DNA of 43,064 nt from an uncultured Clostridia bacterium (lineage in GTDB: Bacteria; UBA6262; WVXT01). The notes beneath the pieces are model-generated. The model saw nothing but the letters and a program-made list of their open reading frames with translations, was not told the DNA's origin and made no database searches. The position numbers and the translations under genes were made by a program. Location of the stretch: NCBI GenBank assembly GCA_964616885.1, contig CAZTSA010000001.1, positions 1 through 43,064 of the forward strand, written 5' to 3'. Shown here one piece after another: positions 1 to 7,821 of the stretch (position 1 is the stretch's first letter; every line of letters begins with the position of its first letter).

Positions 1-78
1 TCCTCTGCCCTCTGGGGAGAGGGTTAGGCCTGCCCGTGCCGCCTGCTCATTCTGGGCTTAACGGCCAGGGGTGAGGGG
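1..78. repeat. GC-rich composite palindromic repeat (ccctct-gggg-agaggg hairpin, gcctgcccgtgcc unit, ggtgagggg end)
   Basis: It shares the core gcctgcYcattctgggcYttaacggcca with 11490-11535, and the gcccgtgcc/cacgggcagg units with 11540-11600 and 24148-24203. It overlaps the 3' end of nfo. Confidence 0.7.
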
Positions 79-914
79 TATACAAGACTTTCAATTTTCT
101 CCATATTTCTCATATCATCTTCTTCGCTCTTGTGTGGTGTTTCCATAATTCCAGGAAGATGAAGTAGTTTTGGGTGGTTCACAATATTTCTAAATCCTTC
201 GCTGCCTATGTATCCCTCGCCAATATGCCAGTGTCTATCTACCCGGGAACCAAGAGGAGTCTTAGAATCGTTAAGATGAAGGAGTTTCAGTCTATCCAAT
301 CCAATTAGTCTCTCAAATTCTCCTAAGGTCCTTTCCAGACCGTCTCTCTTTGAAAGGTCATAACCCGATTCAAAAGCATGTGCTGTATCCAGGCAGACCC
401 CAATTCTTTCTCTATTTTGTATTCCATCAATAACAGTCTTAATCTGTGAAAATTTATATCCAATCTGCCTGCCCTGTCCAGCCGTATTTTCGATAACCAC
501 AGTTACTTTGTTTCGGACTTTGTGTAGGGAATAGTTTATCGCCTTAATCAGTCTTTCTATTGATTCATTCTCACTTGCATCCCCGCAACTTCCCATATGG
601 GTAATTAGAAATGAGGCACCAAGGATTTCTGCTCTCTCCAGCTCCGAACTCAATACCCCGATTGATCTGGGATAGAAATTCTGATTGGAAGAGGCCAAGT
701 TCGCCAGATAAGGCATATGGAGAAATAAGGGTCTAATGTCCAGTGCCTCCACCCCTTCTCTAAATTTCTTGACTTCCTCCTGCGGCAAGTAAGAAACTTC
801 CCATCCCCTGGGATTATGAGAAAAGAATTGGATGGTCCTGGCTCTTTTCTTCTTTGCCAGTTCAGGCACCTTAGAGAATCCTTCAGCAATCCAGATATGG
901 AATCCAAAACGCAT
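24..914 (-). CDS. nfo: Endonuclease IV (AP endonuclease, Nfo family)
   Basis: I moved the start to MRFGF (ATG at 914). The protein aligns by eye with E. coli Nfo blocks: VVIENTAGQG, IGVCLDTAHAF, HLNDSK, GSRVDRHWHIGEG, IMETP. The last ~15 codons are read out of the GC-rich repeat. Confidence 0.9.
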   Translation of the reverse strand: MRFGFHIWIAEGFSKVPELAKKKRARTIQFFSHNPRGWEVSYLPQEEVKKFREGVEALDIRPLFLHMPYLANLASSNQNFYPRSIGVLSSELERAEILGASFLITHMGSCGDASENESIERLIKAINYSLHKVRNKVTVVIENTAGQGRQIGYKFSQIKTVIDGIQNRERIGVCLDTAHAFESGYDLSKRDGLERTLGEFERLIGLDRLKLLHLNDSKTPLGSRVDRHWHIGEGYIGSEGFRNIVNHPKLLHLPGIMETPHKSEEDDMRNMEKIESLVYPSPLAVKPRMSRRHGQA

Positions 915-918
915 GCTA

Positions 919-1581
919 TCAAGCTCCAGTATCCTCAAACTCTCTCAATCCTTCCAGGAGAATAAATCTTCCAAGGGGCTTGACATGGCAATCGAAACTC
1001 TTGATAAATAGAGTGTTGTTACATAATCCACCACTTAAATAGAAAAAATCCGGCTCATCTATGAATCTGTAGACATTCTCGGCTATCCCTTTAACAAAGC
1101 TTGCCAGAACACTATTTATTTCGCACCCTTCGGCAATCTTATCGAAAATTTTGGCCATTCCTAAAACTCCACAAGTCACGCCCAGGGATTCACACGCTTT
1201 CTTAAGCTCCGATGTCTTCACATTAAAATGGTTTTCCAGAAGTTCAATGGAGAATCCTAATGTTGCCCCGCAAAGAGCGTTCCAATCCATCTCCTGGTAT
1301 TTGCTATTCTTCATTTTCACATACTTGATGTCTCTGCTTCCCACATCTACTACGAGAAAGCTTCCGTTTCCAATTATTCTCCGGCTACCTTTTTCCAGAG
1401 CAACCAATTCGTTAACTACTCTATCTGCTTTCAATCTTGCGTTATGCCCGCAGGCTACATCGAATCTTATGTCACTCTTGAGCACCTCAAGAGTCTTAAT
1501 AACTCTATAGTCATCTTTTTCCGTGTCCAATATTTTAGTGTAACTGGTTCCCACATCGCCTAGAAACATATTCTTCACCAC
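919..1581 (-). CDS. BadF/BadG/BcrA/BcrD-type ATPase (2-hydroxyacyl-CoA dehydratase activase-like), short 220-aa form
   Basis: It has an ASKHA phosphate-1 motif (LGDVGTSYTK) and VVDVGSRDIK. Two Cys positions (NALCGATLG, GVTCGVLG) correspond to the cluster-bridging Cys of HgdC-type activators. The C-terminal motif is LSGGL. Confidence 0.7.
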   Translation of the reverse strand: MVKNMFLGDVGTSYTKILDTEKDDYRVIKTLEVLKSDIRFDVACGHNARLKADRVVNELVALEKGSRRIIGNGSFLVVDVGSRDIKYVKMKNSKYQEMDWNALCGATLGFSIELLENHFNVKTSELKKACESLGVTCGVLGMAKIFDKIAEGCEINSVLASFVKGIAENVYRFIDEPDFFYLSGGLCNNTLFIKSFDCHVKPLGRFILLEGLREFEDTGA

Positions 1582-1612
1582 CCTAAAAGAAAAGAGGTCA
1601 CTGTCCCTATTT

Positions 1613-2326
1613 TTATTTATTTAGTAAAAGATAGGCTTCTATCTTACTTTTAACAGAATTATCAAGAACGTCATCAACTTCAACATAAAGCCCATTATGC
1701 TTCTTTGCCAGATATTTCGCCAGGGAGTTCTTGCTGCAGAAGGCCTGCGCGTAGAATACTGTGGGCAGTTCCTCTCCTACCATCATTTCCAATTCCAGGT
1801 CTGCAGGGACTTTTGCTTCAATACACCTCGCCCAGCCAAAAACATGCGTCTCTTTAGGGAATAGATCCAGTATGCTGAAGTCATTGGGAGGAACCCCCCA
1901 GAAACCATACTTTGGCTCTCCATATTTCAACTTTGACTTATCAACATGTTTGACGATACTGTCCACTATCAAATCGAACTTTTTTCTCAACTCGAGGTCG
2001 CTTTCACATATTATCTGAGGATACCTGTGGGTGGAATTATTTTGAGTAGTAATTATAGGCACATTAAGTTCCCGCTTGAGAATTTCGCTAACGAACCTGC
2101 CGTTGTCACACTTGCTATAGCCATTGTCAAAAATGATGAGGTCCAGTTTCAGGGTCAAAGCATTGGCTATAATGCTTTTGATTGTAGCGCAATATATCTT
2201 TGGCAAATAGAGTTCAGCTTTGGTGTTATCGGTGAAATCGAAAAGTGTATCGAGGTCTATAAAATCGTCTCCCCTGTATTTATCCAAGATTTCCTGGGGA
2301 GGAACTCCCGCTATACCTATCTTCAT
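1613..2326 (-). CDS. 2-hydroxyacyl-CoA dehydratase (HgdB/BcrC/BadD D-component)-like protein, short 237-aa form
   Basis: It is adjacent to the activase-like gene and co-directional with it. It has Rossmann-like alternating segments with several conserved-looking Cys. The assignment rests on overall resemblance and gene context only. Confidence 0.5.
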   Translation of the reverse strand: MKIGIAGVPPQEILDKYRGDDFIDLDTLFDFTDNTKAELYLPKIYCATIKSIIANALTLKLDLIIFDNGYSKCDNGRFVSEILKRELNVPIITTQNNSTHRYPQIICESDLELRKKFDLIVDSIVKHVDKSKLKYGEPKYGFWGVPPNDFSILDLFPKETHVFGWARCIEAKVPADLELEMMVGEELPTVFYAQAFCSKNSLAKYLAKKHNGLYVEVDDVLDNSVKSKIEAYLLLNK

Positions 2327-2589
2327 TTCTTTCTCCTCTTCTTATTATCCAAACGCCAAAATATACAAATGGCGTATCCAATAAGGCAATTAACAGTTTG
2401 ACGATCTTGCTTGCCAGAACTCCCGCTATCACCAGTCGAACAACAAAGATGGCTACTAAAAAATATAAGCCCTCTCTTCTCGCTGAATGGGCTTTTCTAA
2501 AGCTTCCATTAACACCTCCTTGTCGTCGATATATTATAGAATAGCAAAAGAACCAAAATTTGTCAATTAAAACCATGGACTCGGGAATT

Positions 2590-2625
2590 CCCTCTCCCGG
2601 AGAGAAGAAGGATAGGGTGAGGAGG
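2590..2625. repeat. GC-rich repeat fragment (ccctctcccggagag ... tagggtgaggagg)
   Basis: It has the same sequence words as 1-78 and 3094-3179, and lies in the intergenic region downstream of the MazG-like gene. Confidence 0.5.
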
Positions 2626-2770
2626 ACGTAGCTACAGAGCGAAAGCTGTGCATCAATTTAGGGGTGCCACTTCAAGGATGCCTAAAGAAAAGAGCGGCAG
2701 AGAGTCCGTCCCGCGCAGGGAAGGCAGAGCTTACGCTTTGCTGGTACAAAAAGCGGGCGTCGTTGACATA

Positions 2771-3076
2771 TTAGAATTGGAAGCTGGGAAGGTCATAAGT
2801 GCATTGGCAGGGAATTTTTTTGCACCTGGGACAGCCTCTTTTATATTTTTCAATTACCTCTTCTGCGTTCACGTCTAAAAGATTGGCTAAACTTAAAAGC
2901 CAGGCAAAGACATCTCCTACTTCATCCTTGAAATCACTCTTCTTGCCTTCACGGATTACCTTGGCGAACTCTCCTACCTCTTCGACAAACCAGACAAAGG
3001 TCCTAGCAAGCCCTCTCTTGTTGTCTCTGGAATAGTAGATTTCCTTCATTAGGTTCTGGAATTCTCTTATTTTCAA
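2771..3076 (-). CDS. MazG-like nucleotide pyrophosphohydrolase domain protein
   Basis: The EEVGEFAKVI and DEVGDVFAWLLSLAN motifs are typical of all-alpha MazG/NTP-PPase. The C-terminal CPRCKKIPCQC is a Cys cluster. Confidence 0.8.
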   Translation of the reverse strand: MKIREFQNLMKEIYYSRDNKRGLARTFVWFVEEVGEFAKVIREGKKSDFKDEVGDVFAWLLSLANLLDVNAEEVIEKYKRGCPRCKKIPCQCTYDLPSFQF

Positions 3077-3093
3077 TAGGCCCTCCTTTTTTT

Positions 3094-3179
3094 CCCCTCA
3101 CCCTAACCTCTGCCCCAAGGGAGAGGAAATATGAGGAAATTGTCCCTCGCCGTAGCCCTCTCCCCGAAAGGGGAGAGGG
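3094..3179. repeat. GC-rich palindromic repeat pair, including the perfect hairpin ccctctcccc-GAAA-ggggagaggg (3156-3179)
   Basis: cccctcaccctaacctctgccccaagggagagg is followed by a second hairpin. It is related to 1-78, 2590-2625 and 11590-11612. Confidence 0.7.
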
Positions 3180-3203
3180 AAGTTTTTCTTCATTGGTTGA
3201 ACT

Positions 3204-4391
3204 TTAAATCTCTTCCCAGAGAAAGAGTTGCTTATCTATTTCCGGCTTCGGTTCTTCCTTCCCGGGATAAAATTTTCCATCCAGAGTGACAAATCGTCTT
3301 GCTCTTCTGGCAACCACACCCAACTTTTTCAGTTGTTCCAGTTCCTTTAGTTTGGCCGTCTTCCTTAAATGGATAATTCTCTTAGCTGATATTCTGCCAA
3401 TTCCAGGAACCCGGAGCAGTTCTTCAAAAGAGGCCTTATTTATCTCTACAGGAAACCTTTCGGTATTACCCAATGCCCAGGTTAACTTGGGGTCTTTATC
3501 TAAATATAGGTTGCCCTTACCGTCAAAAATTAATTCATCTGCAGTGAAATCATACTTCCTTAATAGGAAATCGGCTTGGTAGAGGCGAAACTCTCTTAAG
3601 GGAGGGCAGGGACGAAAGTTTTCCAGAGGAGTATCTTCTACCGGAGTGAAAGCACTGTAGTAGACTCTACGAAGATTATAATCTCTGTAGAGTTTCTGAC
3701 TGAGGGAGAGTATTTCTCTATCATCGTCTTCTGCCGCTCCTACTACCAACTGGGTAGTCACCCCTGCTTTCAAAGGGTGATTGTGGTTGAAATGGGCAAT
3801 CTTTCTCAGCCCTCCCAGTAGCTCTCGATGAAAATTCTTGTCCGGGGATAATATGGAGAGGCAGCTCTGGTTCGGTGCTTCAAGGTTTATGGAGAGCCGA
3901 TTTGCCAAATTTCCTGTGGCTTCAATGAGAGTGCTATCTACGCCAGGAAGAATCTTACAGTGGATATATCCCCTGTAATTGTGTCGGTACCTCAAAATCC
4001 TCAGAGTCTCCAACATCTTTTCTTGACTGGCATTAGGAGAAACTTTTACTGCTGAAGAGAGAAAAAGCCCTTTGACCCATCCCTTTTTGTAGTACTCCAG
4101 AAAAAGAGAAGCGAGTTCTTGAGGCGCAAATTCTACTCGAGGACAACTTCTGTCTTTCCTATTTACACAGTAGAAGCAGTTGTTCTCGCAAAGATTAGTT
4201 TGCAGAACTTTGAACAGGTTTACACATTCACCTCTTTCTCCTGCCGCAGGATAGATGAGACTGGAGCGGGCAATGTGTTTGTTGGGGAAAATAGCCAGGG
4301 GGAAGCCAGTTACATCGAACCCTGCTAGCTCCCCAAGGAGATTTGCTTTGTGATATGAATTACGTGTTGTCATGGAAAATCCACAATCCAA
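3204..4391 (-). CDS. Radical SAM protein of the 'putative DNA modification/repair radical SAM' type, with a C-terminal helix-hairpin-helix
   Basis: It has the CENNCFYC (CX3CX2C) motif and a C-terminal HhH (LLRVPGIGRISAKRI). Length and layout match the TIGR03916-like family. The start could instead be the internal Met at 4373. Confidence 0.8.
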   Translation of the reverse strand: MDCGFSMTTRNSYHKANLLGELAGFDVTGFPLAIFPNKHIARSSLIYPAAGERGECVNLFKVLQTNLCENNCFYCVNRKDRSCPRVEFAPQELASLFLEYYKKGWVKGLFLSSAVKVSPNASQEKMLETLRILRYRHNYRGYIHCKILPGVDSTLIEATGNLANRLSINLEAPNQSCLSILSPDKNFHRELLGGLRKIAHFNHNHPLKAGVTTQLVVGAAEDDDREILSLSQKLYRDYNLRRVYYSAFTPVEDTPLENFRPCPPLREFRLYQADFLLRKYDFTADELIFDGKGNLYLDKDPKLTWALGNTERFPVEINKASFEELLRVPGIGRISAKRIIHLRKTAKLKELEQLKKLGVVARRARRFVTLDGKFYPGKEEPKPEIDKQLFLWEEI

Positions 4392-4394
4392 ATT

Positions 4395-5576
4395 TCAGAT
4401 TAAGGGCATAAAGCCCGGCATTACTTTGAGTTCCTTTGACCAGCGCCGATAGTCTTTTAGACGCCAATCTTTTTTTGAACCCCGTCTGTTCATAGCCAGG
4501 TCTGTAATTCCACATTTTGCTTCAGTGCAGTTGAGGCAGTCTCCCTGACAATCTGTAGCCGGGAAGAACTTCTCCTTTTCTCTCTTGTAAACAGGTATGT
4601 CAATCCCTTCACAATTTCTTGAACTGGTAAACTCCCGATTTAGTCCTCTGGGTTCTCCTTCAACTAATTCATATTCCATGCATAAGGCGAAAGTCATATC
4701 CAATCTTTCGCAAATATTCCTTATGGTGTCGAATACTTTCTTGCGATAATCTATTTTGGCATTCATATAACCGTCGATGTTTTCTATATATAATTTCCTG
4801 TAATCAAATTCCGTTCCCGGGCCAAAACAGGTCTTTATCTTATTAAGTACTTCCTTGTGGATCTTAAGCGGGATGTCGAGGACACTGGCAATTATATGCC
4901 TGGCTCCTGAATCTCTTGCCCTCTTAATTAATTGTTGAAAATCACGCTTCTTGTCCGTAATATAAGGGAATACAGGGTCTATTCTACAAACGGCATAAAT
5001 TGCTTTTTTTGCCATTCTGTCCAAGTTTTTAAAAAGAACACTATTGGAAGCCCCTTGAGGTGCCAAAATTTTCCTTAAGTCTTCGTTTATGGTCAGAAAA
5101 GATACCTGCCCAAATGAATGTCTCTGCTGTCTTATCAGGTCAATTGCCTCTTCAGGAATTTCTGCTTTAGTAATGAATTCTATGGGAATATTTTTTTCTA
5201 CAAAGACCTCAATTATTTTTTCGGAGAGATGGTAAACATTGTTCACAGGCTGAAACGGGTCGGTAACTGGAGAGAGGTAACCACAGCAAGCGACATCAAT
5301 GGAATCGAGCTGGTCTGAAACAATTTTGTCGAAATCCTTGGCAACTATAATTACATTTTCTTTTCGGAAAGTCTGGAAATGGCCAGGAAATGCTAATGAG
5401 TAACAGAAGAAGCATCCTATCCCACAACCATTGTAAGGATTGATGAGCATTCTCTCAGAAGAACATTCTCTCTTTCCAGGCCACCATCCGTGAAGTTCCT
5501 TCCTGGTGGGCACTACCACGTGCTTCTGCGGTTTTTGGATAATTTCGTACTGTTGCCCACCGATTAAGATGTTCAT
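4395..5576 (-). CDS. Radical SAM protein, SplB/'DNA repair photolyase' (COG1533)-like
   Basis: It has a CGIGCFFCY cluster motif near the N-terminus and a second CX3CX2C (CQGDCLNC) near the C-terminus. The last 8 codons (MPGFMPLI) are encoded by a copy of the GGCTTTATGCCC repeat. Confidence 0.7.
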   Translation of the reverse strand: MNILIGGQQYEIIQKPQKHVVVPTRKELHGWWPGKRECSSERMLINPYNGCGIGCFFCYSLAFPGHFQTFRKENVIIVAKDFDKIVSDQLDSIDVACCGYLSPVTDPFQPVNNVYHLSEKIIEVFVEKNIPIEFITKAEIPEEAIDLIRQQRHSFGQVSFLTINEDLRKILAPQGASNSVLFKNLDRMAKKAIYAVCRIDPVFPYITDKKRDFQQLIKRARDSGARHIIASVLDIPLKIHKEVLNKIKTCFGPGTEFDYRKLYIENIDGYMNAKIDYRKKVFDTIRNICERLDMTFALCMEYELVEGEPRGLNREFTSSRNCEGIDIPVYKREKEKFFPATDCQGDCLNCTEAKCGITDLAMNRRGSKKDWRLKDYRRWSKELKVMPGFMPLI

Positions 5577-5745
5577 TGGTCGTTATTTAAGACAAATACC
5601 TGAGGGCATAAAGTCTTATAATAAAGATGTAGCAGAGTTTCGCTCTGCTGCTATATTGGTTCACGAGACAAGCGTGCACACTGATTACTTTCTTTTCTTT
5701 TTTGGCTTCTTTTTCTCTTTCTTAGTTGGTACTTTCCCGGGCATA

Positions 5746-6219
5746 CTAATCATCACCCCTTTCTCTAAGTTTTTCCATCAAGATAGGAAGATTAATAATG
5801 TCCTCTCTATTATACTCCAACAAGACTTGAAGAGCTTGCTCGTTATTTTCTTTCTCGTACTCCTCCCATAGTTCCATAGCAATCCAGCCATTCACATCTG
5901 CCAGCCGCCTTTCGATTCCCAGCATCTGTTCAACCTTCTTCAGCCCGCCAAAAAGATTTCTTTGCCAGCAGTCATACATCAGGTCATAGGTTACGAAATA
6001 ATCATCTAAATTTATTCTCAATTTCTCTCTTATTATAGGGAGATCGAACCTGCTTCCGTTGTAGGTGTAAATGGTGGTTATACCCGAAAGACTTTTCAGT
6101 AAATTCGGCCTGGTAATTTCTCTTCCCACTAACTGAATTATTGTGCCATCTCCATGACAAATTCCCAGGACAGTTATTTCTCCCTCGAAAGAGGTCTCGA
6201 TGTCCAGAAAAGCTTTCAT
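5746..6219 (-). CDS. RNase H-fold 3'-5' exonuclease (YprB/PF13482-like, DEDD)
   Basis: The motifs FLDIETS (DxE), YNGSRFDLPI and EYNREDI are spaced as in DEDDy exonucleases. Confidence 0.65.
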   Translation of the reverse strand: MKAFLDIETSFEGEITVLGICHGDGTIIQLVGREITRPNLLKSLSGITTIYTYNGSRFDLPIIREKLRINLDDYFVTYDLMYDCWQRNLFGGLKKVEQMLGIERRLADVNGWIAMELWEEYEKENNEQALQVLLEYNREDIINLPILMEKLRERGDD

Positions 6220-6230
6220 GATTCAAATCT

Positions 6231-7238
6231 CTAGCGGAGCAAACACTCTTGAGGTATTCTCTTAGTAGCTACTATTTGGGACGCCCTTTTCAGGAAGCCA
6301 TCAAATTTCACGCCTTGTCTGTATCCTCCGCACCAACCTAAGGAACTATCAACTCTTTGAAAGAATTCATTTATCCGTCTAACAAATACTTCTCTAATAT
6401 ACTTGCCCAGAATTGAAGACAGTGCAATGGGAAAGATGAATTTGTCTCCCGACTTGATAAAACAAACCTTCAATTTTTTCCCTTTACAGCAAACTGTAAA
6501 AGCGTCCACTCCTTCCTTTGCATGATAGGATAGAATTTCAAATCTTTCCCCCAAATAACTCAAAATCTTGTGTTTTCCCCACCCATCTATTTTCCCTGAT
6601 AATAAGGAAATTTTTTCTTCGCCATAATTTTTCAGGAATAGGTCTATGAAATCACCTATGGTTTGAATCTCAAGTGAGTACTTATCCAGATTCTTCGCTT
6701 GTGCTCTATTGAGAGTGGAGGGACAGAATATTCTACTTTTCCAAAAAATGAATTCTATTCTCTTTTGACTTAACGATTGCGTCAATTTTTTCGACAGGTC
6801 TCTTACAAGCTCGGTTTCTACTTTCCAGGAAGGGAGATTATAAGGAGTGCCATTACCACAGAGGGAGCTTTCCCAATTAACAGGGCAATCGCTCAGGAAA
6901 AATTGCCTATTTACGATGATTTGGGGAAAAAAATCATTGTCGAAATCTTGTGGCAATCTTCCATTCAGAAGAGAATAGAATGCAAGTGCTGTGGACTCTC
7001 CCAATTTGTAAGTCCTCTGGTTATTGCTTTGGAAAAGTTCTTTACTGTCACAGACAATAAGACTCGACTTATCCCTTCTATTCCTTGAGATTACTCCTCT
7101 GAGTTCATTCCAGAAGAAATCGTTGTTGAAGTCGTAGTCCCTCTCTACCCTGAAAGCAGTGGCAGTCACAACTAAAGGTCCCAGCATTCTCTGATTTCGA
7201 AGACCCAATCCATTCTCATCAATTCCTACGATTATCAT
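6231..7238 (-). CDS. Divergent RNase HII-like protein with a large internal insertion
   Basis: GIDENGLG..LGPLVV resembles RNase HII motif I (GIDEAGRG..GP.V). CDSKELF resembles DSKxL. KSGDKFIFPIALSSILGKYIRE resembles HKAD....VAAASILAKV.RD. About 130 extra residues lie between motifs II and III. Confidence 0.55.
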   Translation of the reverse strand: MIIVGIDENGLGLRNQRMLGPLVVTATAFRVERDYDFNNDFFWNELRGVISRNRRDKSSLIVCDSKELFQSNNQRTYKLGESTALAFYSLLNGRLPQDFDNDFFPQIIVNRQFFLSDCPVNWESSLCGNGTPYNLPSWKVETELVRDLSKKLTQSLSQKRIEFIFWKSRIFCPSTLNRAQAKNLDKYSLEIQTIGDFIDLFLKNYGEEKISLLSGKIDGWGKHKILSYLGERFEILSYHAKEGVDAFTVCCKGKKLKVCFIKSGDKFIFPIALSSILGKYIREVFVRRINEFFQRVDSSLGWCGGYRQGVKFDGFLKRASQIVATKRIPQECLLR

Positions 7239-7253
7239 CTCTTAGCCACAAAT

Positions 7254-7745
7254 TCAATATTTTTCCCAGTGAAGGACTTCCCTCAACTCTTTCTTGGCCG
7301 GCTTTGGCTGCTCTTCGCTATAACCAATAGGAATCAGGGTAATAAGTTTAAAATCCTGTGGCGCTCCAAGCAGCTGGCGGACTCTTTTTGCATATAGCTT
7401 TTTGTCTCCGGCTACCCAGCAAGCCCCCAACCCGTGTGCGTGGGCCGCCAGGAGTATATTTTCAGTTGCTGCACAGCCGTCTTCTAAGTAGTGTTTAGTC
7501 TGGCGAGAAAAAACGACAACGCAAAGAGGAGCGTTTGCAATAAACTTACCACGATCGGTCATTTCTGCAATTCTCTGCTTCATTTCTTTTTTAGTAACCA
7601 CAATAAATTCGACAGGCTGTATATTTACGGCACTGGGAGCAAGTCGACCGCAATCTATGATATCTTCAATTATTTTTTTGGGGACGCGAGCACCTAAGAA
7701 TTTCCTTTTACTCCTCCTGGTTTTCAGCGCTTTAATGGCTTCCAT
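7254..7745 (-). CDS. Nitroreductase family protein (FMN-dependent)
   Basis: It has the RRS.R..F N-terminal motif and APSA.N.QP, and its ~160-aa size is typical of the family. Confidence 0.85.
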   Translation of the reverse strand: MEAIKALKTRRSKRKFLGARVPKKIIEDIIDCGRLAPSAVNIQPVEFIVVTKKEMKQRIAEMTDRGKFIANAPLCVVVFSRQTKHYLEDGCAATENILLAAHAHGLGACWVAGDKKLYAKRVRQLLGAPQDFKLITLIPIGYSEEQPKPAKKELREVLHWEKY

Positions 7746-7792
7746 AGCGGTTCTCCTGTCAGACTATGGATTCCTGAAATTTTCTCGTTTTT

Positions 7793-7821
7793 ATCTTATA
7801 TTTTTTGCGAAAAAAAGTCAA
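7793..7821 (-). promoter_or_regulatory. Candidate sigma70 promoter for the nitroreductase / RNase HII-like operon
   Basis: On the minus strand: TTGACT, a 17-nt spacer, then TAAGAT. It lies ~50 nt upstream of the ATG at 7745. Confidence 0.3.

Noticed and set aside
650-922. 90-aa ORF overlapping nfo in another frame
   Set aside because: It is entirely contained within the well-supported endonuclease IV gene and has no independent signals.
2280-2576. 98-aa ORF with one hydrophobic stretch upstream of the dehydratase-like gene
   Set aside because: It has no SD and overlaps the next gene by 47 nt. The hydrophobic part has no nearby start codon. I keep it only as a remote possibility of a small membrane protein.
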